Origin: Burkholderiales bacterium
Lineage (GTDB): Bacteria; Pseudomonadota; Gammaproteobacteria; Burkholderiales; Casimicrobiaceae
Direction of reading: 5' to 3'
Assembly: GCA_043731765.1 (NCBI GenBank)
Contig: JAYTIR010000108.1
Span: 1 to 34,054, forward strand
DNA length: 34,054 bases
Shown: positions 25,927 through 34,054 of the stretch, in pieces
How positions within the stretch are numbered: the stretch's first letter is position 1
Layout of the letters: the number at the start of each line of letters is the position of its first letter
Notes under the pieces: generated by a model
What the model saw: only the letters and a program-made list of their open reading frames with translations
What the model was told of the DNA's origin: nothing
Database searches by the model: none
Made by a program: the position numbers and the translations under genes

Positions 25927-27246
25927 TCAGGTTGCCAGTTGTTGTTGCCACGCGCGGGCGCGCGCGAGAATTGCGCGTTCGTCGATGGTGGTCAGGTGAC
26001 GGTCCGCCACCACGTGTTGCCCACCCACCCAGACATCGGTCACGCATTCGCGCCCGGCGACATGGGTGAGGTGAGATACCGGATCGTACAGCGGCGATGT
26101 GCCGATTCCCGACAGGTCGATGGCCACGACGTCCGCCTGCTTGCCCGATTCGAGAGAACCCGTTTGCGCGTCGAGTCCCAGTGCGGCGGCGCCGTTCAAC
26201 GTCGCCATGCGCAGGACCGTGGCGGCCGGAACTGACGAAGGATCTCCGCTCGCAACCTTCGCCAACAGGCTCGCGAGTCGCATTTCACCAAGCAGGTCCT
26301 GCCGGTTGTTGGATGCCGCGCCGTCGGTGCCCAGGGCGACATTGATGCCACGTCGCAACAATTCGGTGACGGGCGCGATGCCGCTGCCGAGCTTCATGTT
26401 GGACCCCGGGCAGTGCACGACGTGGCAATGTTGCGCGGCGAGGAGTTCCAGGTCCGCAGCTTCGAGATGCACGGCATGGATCGCAATGAACGTCGGGCCC
26501 GTTGCACCAAGACGGTCGAGCCGCGCGAGTGGCGTCATGCCGGTGGCGGCAAGGGCTTCGTCCACTTCATGGCGGGTTTCGGCCAGGTGCGTCTGAATGG
26601 CAAGGTCGAGCTGCCGTGCATACATGACGATCTTTTCCCACGATGCGTCACTGACCGTGTACGGAGCGTGCGGGGCGAGCGAAAAGGACAGGAGCGGCGA
26701 ATGCTTGAAAGCGTCGCGCGCTGCGAGTCCCTGTTGCAGACAGGCGTCGGCATCGGCGGCATAGGGTGTGGGAAAGTCGAGCACCGGCATGCCGAGCATC
26801 GCGCGCATTCCGGCCGACTCGAAGGCACGCGCGGCAGCAGCAGGGTAAAAATACATGTCATTGCAACAGGTCACGCCGCCGCGCAGCATTTCGGCAGCGC
26901 CGGTGAGCGTCCCGTCGTAGACGAAATCGGGTGATACGAAGCGCGCCTCGAGAGGCCAGATGTGTTCCTCGAGCCACGCCTTCAGTGGAATGTCGTCGGC
27001 GACGCCGCGCATCAGCGTCATCGCCGCATGCGCATGGGCATTCACCAGTCCGGGGATCAGTGCATGCGTCGGCAGGTTGTGCGTCGCACGCGGCGCGAAG
27101 GCATCGTCGGCGGCAGCCACCGGGAGCAACGCGACGATCCGGCCCTTGTCCACGATCAGCGCGTGACTCGTGAGCACGCCGGACGGCTCGACCGGGATGA
27201 TCCAGCCGGCGTCGATGCGCAGATCAACAGTTCGGGAAACGTTCAT
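25927..27246 (-). CDS. mtaD: TRZ/ATZ amidohydrolase, probable 5'-methylthioadenosine/SAH deaminase
   Basis: PGLVNAHAHAAM, DMYF, APHAPYTVSD, THLAE, HCP.SNMKL.SG, GTDGAASNN; adjacent to ubiG as for the Pseudomonas MTA deaminase. Confidence 0.82.
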   Translation of the reverse strand: MNVSRTVDLRIDAGWIIPVEPSGVLTSHALIVDKGRIVALLPVAAADDAFAPRATHNLPTHALIPGLVNAHAHAAMTLMRGVADDIPLKAWLEEHIWPLEARFVSPDFVYDGTLTGAAEMLRGGVTCCNDMYFYPAAAARAFESAGMRAMLGMPVLDFPTPYAADADACLQQGLAARDAFKHSPLLSFSLAPHAPYTVSDASWEKIVMYARQLDLAIQTHLAETRHEVDEALAATGMTPLARLDRLGATGPTFIAIHAVHLEAADLELLAAQHCHVVHCPGSNMKLGSGIAPVTELLRRGINVALGTDGAASNNRQDLLGEMRLASLLAKVASGDPSSVPAATVLRMATLNGAAALGLDAQTGSLESGKQADVVAIDLSGIGTSPLYDPVSHLTHVAGRECVTDVWVGGQHVVADRHLTTIDERAILARARAWQQQLAT

Positions 27247-27283
27247 CGGAGTCACGCCGCCAGTGTCGCATTTTCCATTGTGC

Positions 27284-27314
27284 AAAAAAAAGCCCCGCGC
27301 GAGGCGGGGCTTTT
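27284..27314 (-). terminator. Rho-independent terminator of ompA (potentially bidirectional)
   Basis: AAAAAAAAGCCCCGC-GCGAG-GCGGGGCTTTT; 8 U on the minus strand. Confidence 0.92.
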
Positions 27315-27332
27315 GTGAGGTCAGAAGGCGAC

Positions 27333-28088
27333 TTACTTCTTGACGATCTCGCCCTTGACTTCGACTTCCACGCGACGATCCGGTGCGTAGCAGGCGATTT
27401 TTTCCTTCATGCTCTTCTGGTTGCAGGTGAGGCCCGGGATGGGTTGAGTCTTGCCCATGCCCAGCGTCTCGATCTTGTCCTTCGGCACACCCTTGCTCAC
27501 CAGGTAGTCGCGGACGGCGTCAGCGCGACGTTCCGACAGCTTCTGGTTGTACTGCTGGGTGCCGATCGGATCGGTGTGACCCGTGACCAGGACCAGTTCG
27601 AGCTTCTGCACTCCAGCCAGCTTCGACAGGATTTCGCTGTCGATCGCGGCCTTGCCTTCAGGTTTCAGAACCGCCTTGTCGAAGTCGAACAGCGCCTTCG
27701 ATGCCAGCGTGATCTTTTGCACCTGAGGAGCAGGGGCCGGAGCAGGCGCCGGAGCGGGAGGCGGCGGGGGCGGCGGAGCGGCAGCCGGCGGGGGCGGCGG
27801 CGGGGCCTTCGGTACCAGGTCCGGATCGCATTGGATGATTGCCATCGCCGGCGCCCAGTAGCCAGTGCGCCAGCACAGGTTGCCGGAAAGTCCCTTGGTG
27901 CCGTTGTAGACGCCGCTCTTCGGGGTACCGTCGGTCGGCGTCGGATAGGCATCGCACCAATACCCTGGCGAGCACGGCGCGGTACCGGGAACGTAACCCC
28001 TTGGATCGGCCATTTGCGCGCCGACGCTGCCGGCGAACGCCACAGCCATCGCGCCAGCAAATGCACCGCACACGTAGCGTCGAGTCAT
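27333..28088 (-). CDS. ompA: Betaproteobacterial OmpA-family protein (no beta-barrel; Pro/Ala linker; peptidoglycan-binding domain)
   Basis: Signal peptide; CWRTGYW motif; PA-rich linker; LFDFDKA.LK, GHTD.IG...YNQKLSERRA..V, DRRVEVE; divergent from gyrA. Confidence 0.9.
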   Translation of the reverse strand: MTRRYVCGAFAGAMAVAFAGSVGAQMADPRGYVPGTAPCSPGYWCDAYPTPTDGTPKSGVYNGTKGLSGNLCWRTGYWAPAMAIIQCDPDLVPKAPPPPPPAAAPPPPPPPAPAPAPAPAPQVQKITLASKALFDFDKAVLKPEGKAAIDSEILSKLAGVQKLELVLVTGHTDPIGTQQYNQKLSERRADAVRDYLVSKGVPKDKIETLGMGKTQPIPGLTCNQKSMKEKIACYAPDRRVEVEVKGEIVKK

Positions 28089-28277
28089 TGTTTTACCCCT
28101 TTGGCTTTGGTTTTGAACACGTTTTATACGAACTTGCGATTTTGCGCATCACGCTAAATGCCTGACGCGACAAATGCTTGTCTCCCTTGGAAATATAGCA
28201 CACGGGTTTTCGCGCCGCAAAGAAAAGGGAAGGGAGGCCTCCAAGGGGGCAACAACTGTCGCGGCAATACAACGCCG

Positions 28278-28286
28278 TGATAAAAT
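28278..28286 (+). promoter_or_regulatory. Extended -10 element, putative gyrA promoter
   Basis: TG-A-TAAAAT about 160 nt upstream of the gyrA ATG. Confidence 0.45.
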
Positions 28287-28445
28287 TGCGTGCTTTCAAG
28301 GGCCTCCGGAAAGGTTCCGGCCCGTGTGTGCGCCGCAAAAAGGCGCCGCCGCCGGCCGCCCAACCCGAAAAGCCCGTGTCCGCGGCCCATTTAGCGCTTC
28401 GCCCGCATTCCAACCCTGCTTATCACCGAAACCTACCCGCCGCCC

Positions 28446-30998
28446 ATGGAGCAGTTCGCCAAAGAAACCCTTCCCGTCAGCCTCGAAGCCGAAATGCGGC
28501 ATTCGTACCTCGATTACGCAATGAGCGTGATCGTGGGGCGCGCCCTTCCGGACGTCCGCGACGGCCTCAAACCCGTGCATCGCCGCGTGCTGTTTGCAAT
28601 GCACGAAGCGAATATCGCCTGGAACCGCCCTTATGTGAAATGCGCGCGCGTCGTGGGCGACGTTCTCGGCAAGTACCACCCGCACGGCGACAGCGCCACG
28701 TACGAGGCACTGGTCCGGATGGTGCAGGAATTCTCGCTGCGCTACCCGTTGATCGACGGCCAGGGCAATTTCGGGTCGGTGGACGGCGATTCCGCGGCCG
28801 CCTATCGCTACACCGAATGCCGGCTGCAAAGGATCGCATCCGAACTCCTTGCCGACATTGACAAGGAAACGGTCGATTTCGTCCCGAATTACGACGGCAA
28901 GGAATTGGAGCCGGCGGTATTGCCGTCGCGCCTGCCCAATCTGCTCATCAACGGGTCGTCCGGCATCGCGGTGGGGATGGCCACCAACATCCCGCCGCAC
29001 AACCTGACGGAAACGATCTCGGGTTGCCTGGCGCTCCTGGGTAACGCGGAAATCACCATCGACGAATTGATGGAGATCATTCCCGCGCCCGACTTTCCGA
29101 CCGCCGGGATCATCTACGGGCAAGAAGGCGTGCGTGAGGGCTACCGCACCGGCCGCGGCCGCGTGGTGATCCGCGCGCGCACGCACATCGAAGACATCGA
29201 CAAGGGTGGACGCCAGGCGATCATCGTCGATGAGATTCCCTACCAGGTGAACAAGGCGAACCTGCTCATCCGGATCGGCGAACTCGTCCGCGAAAAAAGA
29301 CTGGAGGGCATTTCCGACCTGCGCGACGAGTCGGACAAGTCCGGCATGCGCGTGGTGATCGAACTGAAACGCGGCGAAGTGACGGAGATCGTCCTCAACA
29401 ACCTGTTCAAGCTCACCCAGCTGCAGGACAGCTTCGGCATGAACATGGTGGCGCTGGTCGACGGCCAGCCGCGCATCCTCAACCTCAAGCAGTTCCTCGA
29501 GTACTTCCTCATCCACCGGCGCGAAGTGGTCGTGCGCCGCACGCGCTTCGAGTTGCGCCGTGCGCGCGAACGCGGCCACATTCTCGAAGGTCTCGCAGTT
29601 GCCCTCTCCAACGTCGACGAAATCATCGCGTTGATCAAGGCTTCGCCGACGCCGCCGGAAGCCAAGACCGCGTTGATGGCCAGGCGGTGGCGATCGATGA
29701 TCGTGGAGGAAATGTTGCAGCGAGCGGCCGCGGATGCCGCGCGCCCGGAAGGGCTGCCGCAGGAATTCGGTTCTAGCAAGGAAGGCTACCGGCTGTCGGA
29801 CGCGCAGGCGCAGGCAATTCTCGAGCTTCGTCTGCAGCGGCTCACCGGGCTCGAGCAGGAAAAAATCACGGGCGAATACCGCGAAGTGATGGAGCTGATC
29901 GTCGATCTGCTCGATATCCTCGCCAAGCCCGTGCGCGTCACGACGATCATCGGCGATGAGCTCAATGCGATCCGCGACCAGTTCGGCGACCAGCGCCGTT
30001 CTGAAATCGTCGCGCAGGGCGTCGATCTTTCGCTGGAGGATCTCATTGCGCCGGCGGACATGGTGGTGACGTTGTCGCACGGCGGCTACATGAAGTCGCA
30101 GCCCGTGGCGGAATATCGTGCGCAGCGCCGCGGCGGCCGGGGCAAGCAGGCCACGGCAACCAAGGAAGACGATTTCATCGACCGGATGTTCATCGCCAAC
30201 ACGCACGATTACATCCTGTGCTTCTCCAACCGCGGGCGAGTGTACTGGCTCAAGGTCTACAACGTGCCGCAGGGGTCGCGCCTGTCGCGCGGCAAGCCCA
30301 TCGTCAACCTGGTGCCGCTGGTCGACAACGAAAAGATCACGGCGATCCTGCCGGTCAAGGAATTCACCGAGGACCAGTTCGTGTTCATGGCCACGGCAAT
30401 GGGCACGGTCAAGAAGACGCCGCTGTCGGAATTCTCGCGCCCGCGTCCTTCCGGCATCATCGCCGTCGACCTGTCCGACGGTGATTCGTTGATCGGGGTG
30501 GCGCTGACCGACGGCACGCACGACGTGATGCTGTTCAGTTCGGGCGGCAAGGCAGTGCGTTTCGACGAAAACGATGTCCGGCCGATGGGCCGCACCGCGC
30601 ACGGCGTTCGCGGCATGATGCTCGCCCGCGGCCAAAGCGTGATTTCGATGCTGGTCGCCGAGGACGAAACGCAGTCCGTCCTGACGGCGACCGAACAGGG
30701 TTATGGCAAGCGCACGCCGATCGTCGAGTACACGCGACACGGCCGCGGCACGAAGGGCATGATCGCGATCCAGCAGAGCGAGCGCAATGGCCAGGTGATC
30801 GGTGCGTCGCTGGTGCGGCCGGACGACGAGGTCATGCTCATTTCCACGGGCGGGGTACTGATTCGCACCAGCGTGAAGTCGATCCGCGAAATGAGCCGGT
30901 CCACGCAGGGCGTTACGCTGATCAATCTGGACGACGGTGAAAAGCTCGCCGGCCTGGAGCGCGTTGCCGAAACGGACGAGGAAGGCGACGAAGAGTAG
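28446..30998 (+). CDS. gyrA: DNA gyrase subunit A
   Basis: [34 protein letters not shown], catalytic RYTE, GyrA-box QRRGGRG, acidic tail. Confidence 0.98.
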   Translation: MEQFAKETLPVSLEAEMRHSYLDYAMSVIVGRALPDVRDGLKPVHRRVLFAMHEANIAWNRPYVKCARVVGDVLGKYHPHGDSATYEALVRMVQEFSLRYPLIDGQGNFGSVDGDSAAAYRYTECRLQRIASELLADIDKETVDFVPNYDGKELEPAVLPSRLPNLLINGSSGIAVGMATNIPPHNLTETISGCLALLGNAEITIDELMEIIPAPDFPTAGIIYGQEGVREGYRTGRGRVVIRARTHIEDIDKGGRQAIIVDEIPYQVNKANLLIRIGELVREKRLEGISDLRDESDKSGMRVVIELKRGEVTEIVLNNLFKLTQLQDSFGMNMVALVDGQPRILNLKQFLEYFLIHRREVVVRRTRFELRRARERGHILEGLAVALSNVDEIIALIKASPTPPEAKTALMARRWRSMIVEEMLQRAAADAARPEGLPQEFGSSKEGYRLSDAQAQAILELRLQRLTGLEQEKITGEYREVMELIVDLLDILAKPVRVTTIIGDELNAIRDQFGDQRRSEIVAQGVDLSLEDLIAPADMVVTLSHGGYMKSQPVAEYRAQRRGGRGKQATATKEDDFIDRMFIANTHDYILCFSNRGRVYWLKVYNVPQGSRLSRGKPIVNLVPLVDNEKITAILPVKEFTEDQFVFMATAMGTVKKTPLSEFSRPRPSGIIAVDLSDGDSLIGVALTDGTHDVMLFSSGGKAVRFDENDVRPMGRTAHGVRGMMLARGQSVISMLVAEDETQSVLTATEQGYGKRTPIVEYTRHGRGTKGMIAIQQSERNGQVIGASLVRPDDEVMLISTGGVLIRTSVKSIREMSRSTQGVTLINLDDGEKLAGLERVAETDEEGDEE

Positions 30999-31035
30999 GC
31001 AAAGCCATCCACCTGCCGAATCACGAAAACCCGAC

Positions 31036-32127
31036 ATGCCCACTGCGGACCCAAACGACCAGGAAAGTGAACTCGCCGGCCACCGGACAGCGATCGACGC
31101 GCTCGACCGTGAGATCCTCGCAAGCCTCAGCGCGCGCGCGAAACACGCGCAGGCGATCGGCAAGCTCAAGGAGGGCAATTCCGCCTACCGGCCCGAACGC
31201 GAAGCGCAGGTACTCGCCACGCTCGCATCCAACAACACCGGTCCGCTGGCCAACGAGGTCGTGACCGGCGTGTTTCGCCAGATCATGTCGGCGTGTCTGG
31301 CGCTCGAGCAGAAACTGAAGGTTGCCTACCTGGGGCCGGCCGGCACGTTCAGCCATGCGGCCGTCGGAAAACATTTCGGCGCGTTCGTCGCTGCCGCACC
31401 ACTGGCGACGATCGACGAAATTTTCCGCGCCGTCGAGAGCGGCCAGGCCGACTATGCGGTGGTGCCGGTCGAAAATTCCACCGAGGGCGCGGTCGGACGC
31501 ACGCTCGATCTCATGTGCTCAACCGACCTGTCCGTATGCGGCGAAGTCAAGCTGCGTGTCCAGCAGAACCTGTTGTCCAATGCGAGTTCCCTGTCTACGG
31601 TGACACGGATCTACTCCCACGCCCAGTCATTTGCGCAATGCGTGCATTGGCTCGCGACGCAACTGCCCACCGTGCCTCGTGTGGCCGTTTCGAGCAATGC
31701 GGAGGCGGCGCGGCTTGCGGCCACCGAGCCTGGGGCCGCGGCCATCGCGGGCGAGAACGCCGCGGCGATCTACGGACTCTCGATACTCGCGCCGCATATC
31801 GAGGACGAGCCGAACAACACCACGCGCTTCTGGGTTCTTGGACGGCAGAATGTGGGCGCGTCGGGCCGGGACGAAACATCGCTCGTCATGTCGTGTCCCA
31901 ATCGGCCCGGCGCCGTATATGAACTGCTGGAACCGTTGGCACGCCACGAAGTTTCAATGACGCGATTCGAGTCGCGGCCGGCGCGCACGGGCCTGTGGGA
32001 GTACCTCTTCTTCGTCGACCTGGTCGGCCATCGCGACGACGCGAAGCTGTCGGCAGCGCTTGCCGAACTCGCGCAGAAGGCGCCGTTCCTCAAGTTGCTG
32101 GGCTCGTATCCAGCAGCGCTCGATTGA
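31036..32127 (+). CDS. pheA: Chorismate mutase/prephenate dehydratase (P-protein)
   Basis: CM domain (IDALD.EI, YRPERE); YLGPAGTFS, PVENSTEG, N.TRF, ACT domain ESRP and YLFFVD. Confidence 0.95.
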   Translation: MPTADPNDQESELAGHRTAIDALDREILASLSARAKHAQAIGKLKEGNSAYRPEREAQVLATLASNNTGPLANEVVTGVFRQIMSACLALEQKLKVAYLGPAGTFSHAAVGKHFGAFVAAAPLATIDEIFRAVESGQADYAVVPVENSTEGAVGRTLDLMCSTDLSVCGEVKLRVQQNLLSNASSLSTVTRIYSHAQSFAQCVHWLATQLPTVPRVAVSSNAEAARLAATEPGAAAIAGENAAAIYGLSILAPHIEDEPNNTTRFWVLGRQNVGASGRDETSLVMSCPNRPGAVYELLEPLARHEVSMTRFESRPARTGLWEYLFFVDLVGHRDDAKLSAALAELAQKAPFLKLLGSYPAALD

Positions 32128-32154
32128 TTTTACAAATTGCCGGACCGGAACCCG

Positions 32155-33258
32155 ATGACCCTGGTCGCTCCCGCTGCGCCCGCTTATGTGCGCGAACTTG
32201 CGCAATACGTTCCCGGTAAGTCGATCGAGGATGTGGCCCGCGACCTGAACCTCGATCCGAAGTCGATCGTGAAACTCGCGTCCAACGAAAATCCGCGTGG
32301 GCCGAGTCCCGCCGTGCTCGCCGCCATTGCCGCGGCCGCGGCCGAGGTCACGCGTTACCCGGACGGCAACGGATTTGCGCTCAAGGCGGCGCTCTCGGAA
32401 AAGCTCGGCATTGCGCCTTCGCAGATCGTGCTCGGAAACGGCTCGAACGACATTCTGGAACTGGCCACGCAGGCGTTCTTGCGTCCCGATGATGAAGCCA
32501 TTTATGCGCAGCATGCGTTCGCCGTGTATCCGCTTGCCACGCGCGCGCGCGGCGCCATCGGCATCGAGGTGCCAGCCAGGAATTTCGGGCACGACCTCCC
32601 GCAGATGCGCGAAGCGATCACGCCCCGTACCCGCATCGTATTCGTGGCCAATCCGAACAATCCGACGGGCACGTTTGTGGCGGCTGCGGAACTGGAGGCT
32701 TTCATTGCCTCGATACCGCGCGATGTCCTCGTGGTGCTCGACGAGGCGTACAACGAATATCTTGAACCGGCGGACCGATGCGACAGCGTGAGCTGGATTT
32801 CGCGCCATCCGAATCTCGTGGTGTCGCGGACGTTCTCCAAGGCCTACGGACTGGCGGCATTGCGCATCGGCTACGGGATCATGGATGCGGGCGTTGCCGA
32901 CATGTTGAACCGCGTGCGCCAGCCCTTCAACGTCAATGCGCTCGCGCAGGCGGCGGCTCTCGCGGCATTTGCGGATTCGGATTACGTCGATATCAGCCGC
33001 GCGCTCAACCGGACAGGCCTTGCGCAGCTGGCTGCCGGATTCGCGGCGTTGGGCATCGCGTCACTGCCATCCCATGGCAATTTTGTCCTGGCAAAAGTCG
33101 GTGACGCGACAGGTGTCTATCAGCGGCTGCTCGCGCAGGGCGTGATCGTGCGCCCGGTCGCCAATTACGGTCTGCCGGAGTGGTTGCGCATCTCGGTTGG
33201 CCTCGCGAGCGAGAATGAGCGTTTCCTGGCCGCGCTCGCGACCGCGCTGGATCGTTGA
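32155..33258 (+). CDS. hisC: Histidinol-phosphate/aromatic aminotransferase
   Basis: KLASNENP, GNGSND, ANPNNPTG, LDEAY, RTFSKAYGLA.LRIG. Confidence 0.95.
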   Translation: MTLVAPAAPAYVRELAQYVPGKSIEDVARDLNLDPKSIVKLASNENPRGPSPAVLAAIAAAAAEVTRYPDGNGFALKAALSEKLGIAPSQIVLGNGSNDILELATQAFLRPDDEAIYAQHAFAVYPLATRARGAIGIEVPARNFGHDLPQMREAITPRTRIVFVANPNNPTGTFVAAAELEAFIASIPRDVLVVLDEAYNEYLEPADRCDSVSWISRHPNLVVSRTFSKAYGLAALRIGYGIMDAGVADMLNRVRQPFNVNALAQAAALAAFADSDYVDISRALNRTGLAQLAAGFAALGIASLPSHGNFVLAKVGDATGVYQRLLAQGVIVRPVANYGLPEWLRISVGLASENERFLAALATALDR

Positions 33259-34054
33259 CGCTCGCTTCCCTTCATTTTCCATCCAACTTGCGCATCGAAA
33301 AACTCGTCGTTGTCGGCGTCGGCCTCATCGGCGGCTCGTGCGCGCTGGCGTTGAAACGCGCAGGTGCCGTCGGGTCTGTCGTTGGCATCGGCAGAACGGC
33401 CGCGAATCTCGACGAAGCCCTGCGCCTTGGCGTCATCGATCGCGCGCGGCGCTTGGGCGACGCCTGGACGCAAGAATTGCGCGACGCCGACGCCGTGCTG
33501 GTCGCAACACCCGTCGCGCAATATCCGGCGCTGTTTGCGGCCATCGCGCAAGGCATTGGAGCGGATACCGTGGTTACGGATGCCGGCAGCACCAAACAGG
33601 ACGTCATCCATGCCGCGCGCGCAACATTCGGCAAGCGCCTTGGACGCTTTGTTCCTGCGCATCCCGTTGCGGGCGCGGCCAGTTCGGGGGCGGGCGCCGC
33701 CGTTGCAACTTTGTTCGACGGCCGGACCGTCATCACCACGCCGTTTGCGGAAACCCATCCGGAGGCATTGGAGCGCGTGAGCGCACTCTGGCAAGCCTGC
33801 GGCGCTCACGTCGTGGCTGCGGGTCCGGAGGAACACGACCGGATCTTCGCGGCAATATCGCACCTGCCGCATCTCCTCGCGTTTGCGTACGTCGACGAAC
33901 TTGCGGCGCGTCCCGAAGCAACGCAGATGTTTGCGCAGGCCGGCTCGGGCTTTCGCGATTTCACACGGATCGCCGGGGCGTCGCCGGAAATGTGGCGCGA
34001 TATCGCGTTGGCCAACCGCGTTGCGCTACAGCACGAACTCGGCCAATACCGCAG
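33255..34054 (+). CDS. tyrA: Prephenate/arogenate dehydrogenase (partial; runs off the right edge)
   Basis: Missing from the ORF track. Manual translation gives ...LRIEKLVVVGVGLIGGSCALAL...TDAGSTK...HPVAG...HDRIFAAISHLPH...GSGFRDFTRIA. Start is TTG 33255 (overlapping the hisC stop) or TTG 33288. Confidence 0.92.
   Translation, partial: MTLASLHFPSNLRIEKLVVVGVGLIGGSCALALKRAGAVGSVVGIGRTAANLDEALRLGVIDRARRLGDAWTQELRDADAVLVATPVAQYPALFAAIAQGIGADTVVTDAGSTKQDVIHAARATFGKRLGRFVPAHPVAGAASSGAGAAVATLFDGRTVITTPFAETHPEALERVSALWQACGAHVVAAGPEEHDRIFAAISHLPHLLAFAYVDELAARPEATQMFAQAGSGFRDFTRIAGASPEMWRDIALANRVALQHELGQYR

Noticed and set aside
27726-27806. G-run-rich tract resembling a G-quadruplex or repeat
   Set aside because: It is the reverse complement of the Pro/Ala linker codons of OmpA.
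28296-31178. 960-aa ORF on the minus strand
   Set aside because: Antisense shadow of gyrA, as expected in high-GC coding DNA, with no recognisable motifs. The same applies to 5649-7448 (-), 13265-14275 (+), 20422-21582 (+) and similar ORFs.

Overview
GC-rich betaproteobacterial chromosome segment that is mostly housekeeping. Left to right: a partial MdtB/MdtA RND efflux pair (-); a 4-repeat DUF4397-like lipoprotein; a small secreted DUF1134/EipA-like protein; a DmdB/AlkK-type acyl-CoA ligase; HdeD/DUF308; a ThDP-dependent enzyme (-); an MscS channel fused to a cNMP-binding domain; pilU-like, dapE and prmB (-); MTI-type phosphorylase and def (+); dapC, LytS-like kinase, LytTR regulator, dapD, map and glnD (-); an orphan GspC-like PDZ protein; ompA, mtaD-like, ubiG and a HAD phosphatase (-); and gyrA, pheA, hisC and partial tyrA (+). 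I found no tRNA, rRNA, CRISPR array, transposase or integrase, and I cannot support a clearly new multi-gene system. The best leads are non-coding: (i) an intergenic chimera of two unrelated gene fragments (multiheme cytochrome c plus outer-membrane beta-barrel) at about 5262-5440; (ii) strand-asymmetric hairpins followed by three GGTTCG boxes at 11-bp period upstream of the DUF4397-like gene; (iii) a related ~14-bp motif found in three separate intergenic regions; (iv) a LytS/LytTR pair inserted between dapC and dapD with an apparently leaderless promoter and candidate autoregulatory boxes. All family calls come from motif recognition by eye; no searches were run.
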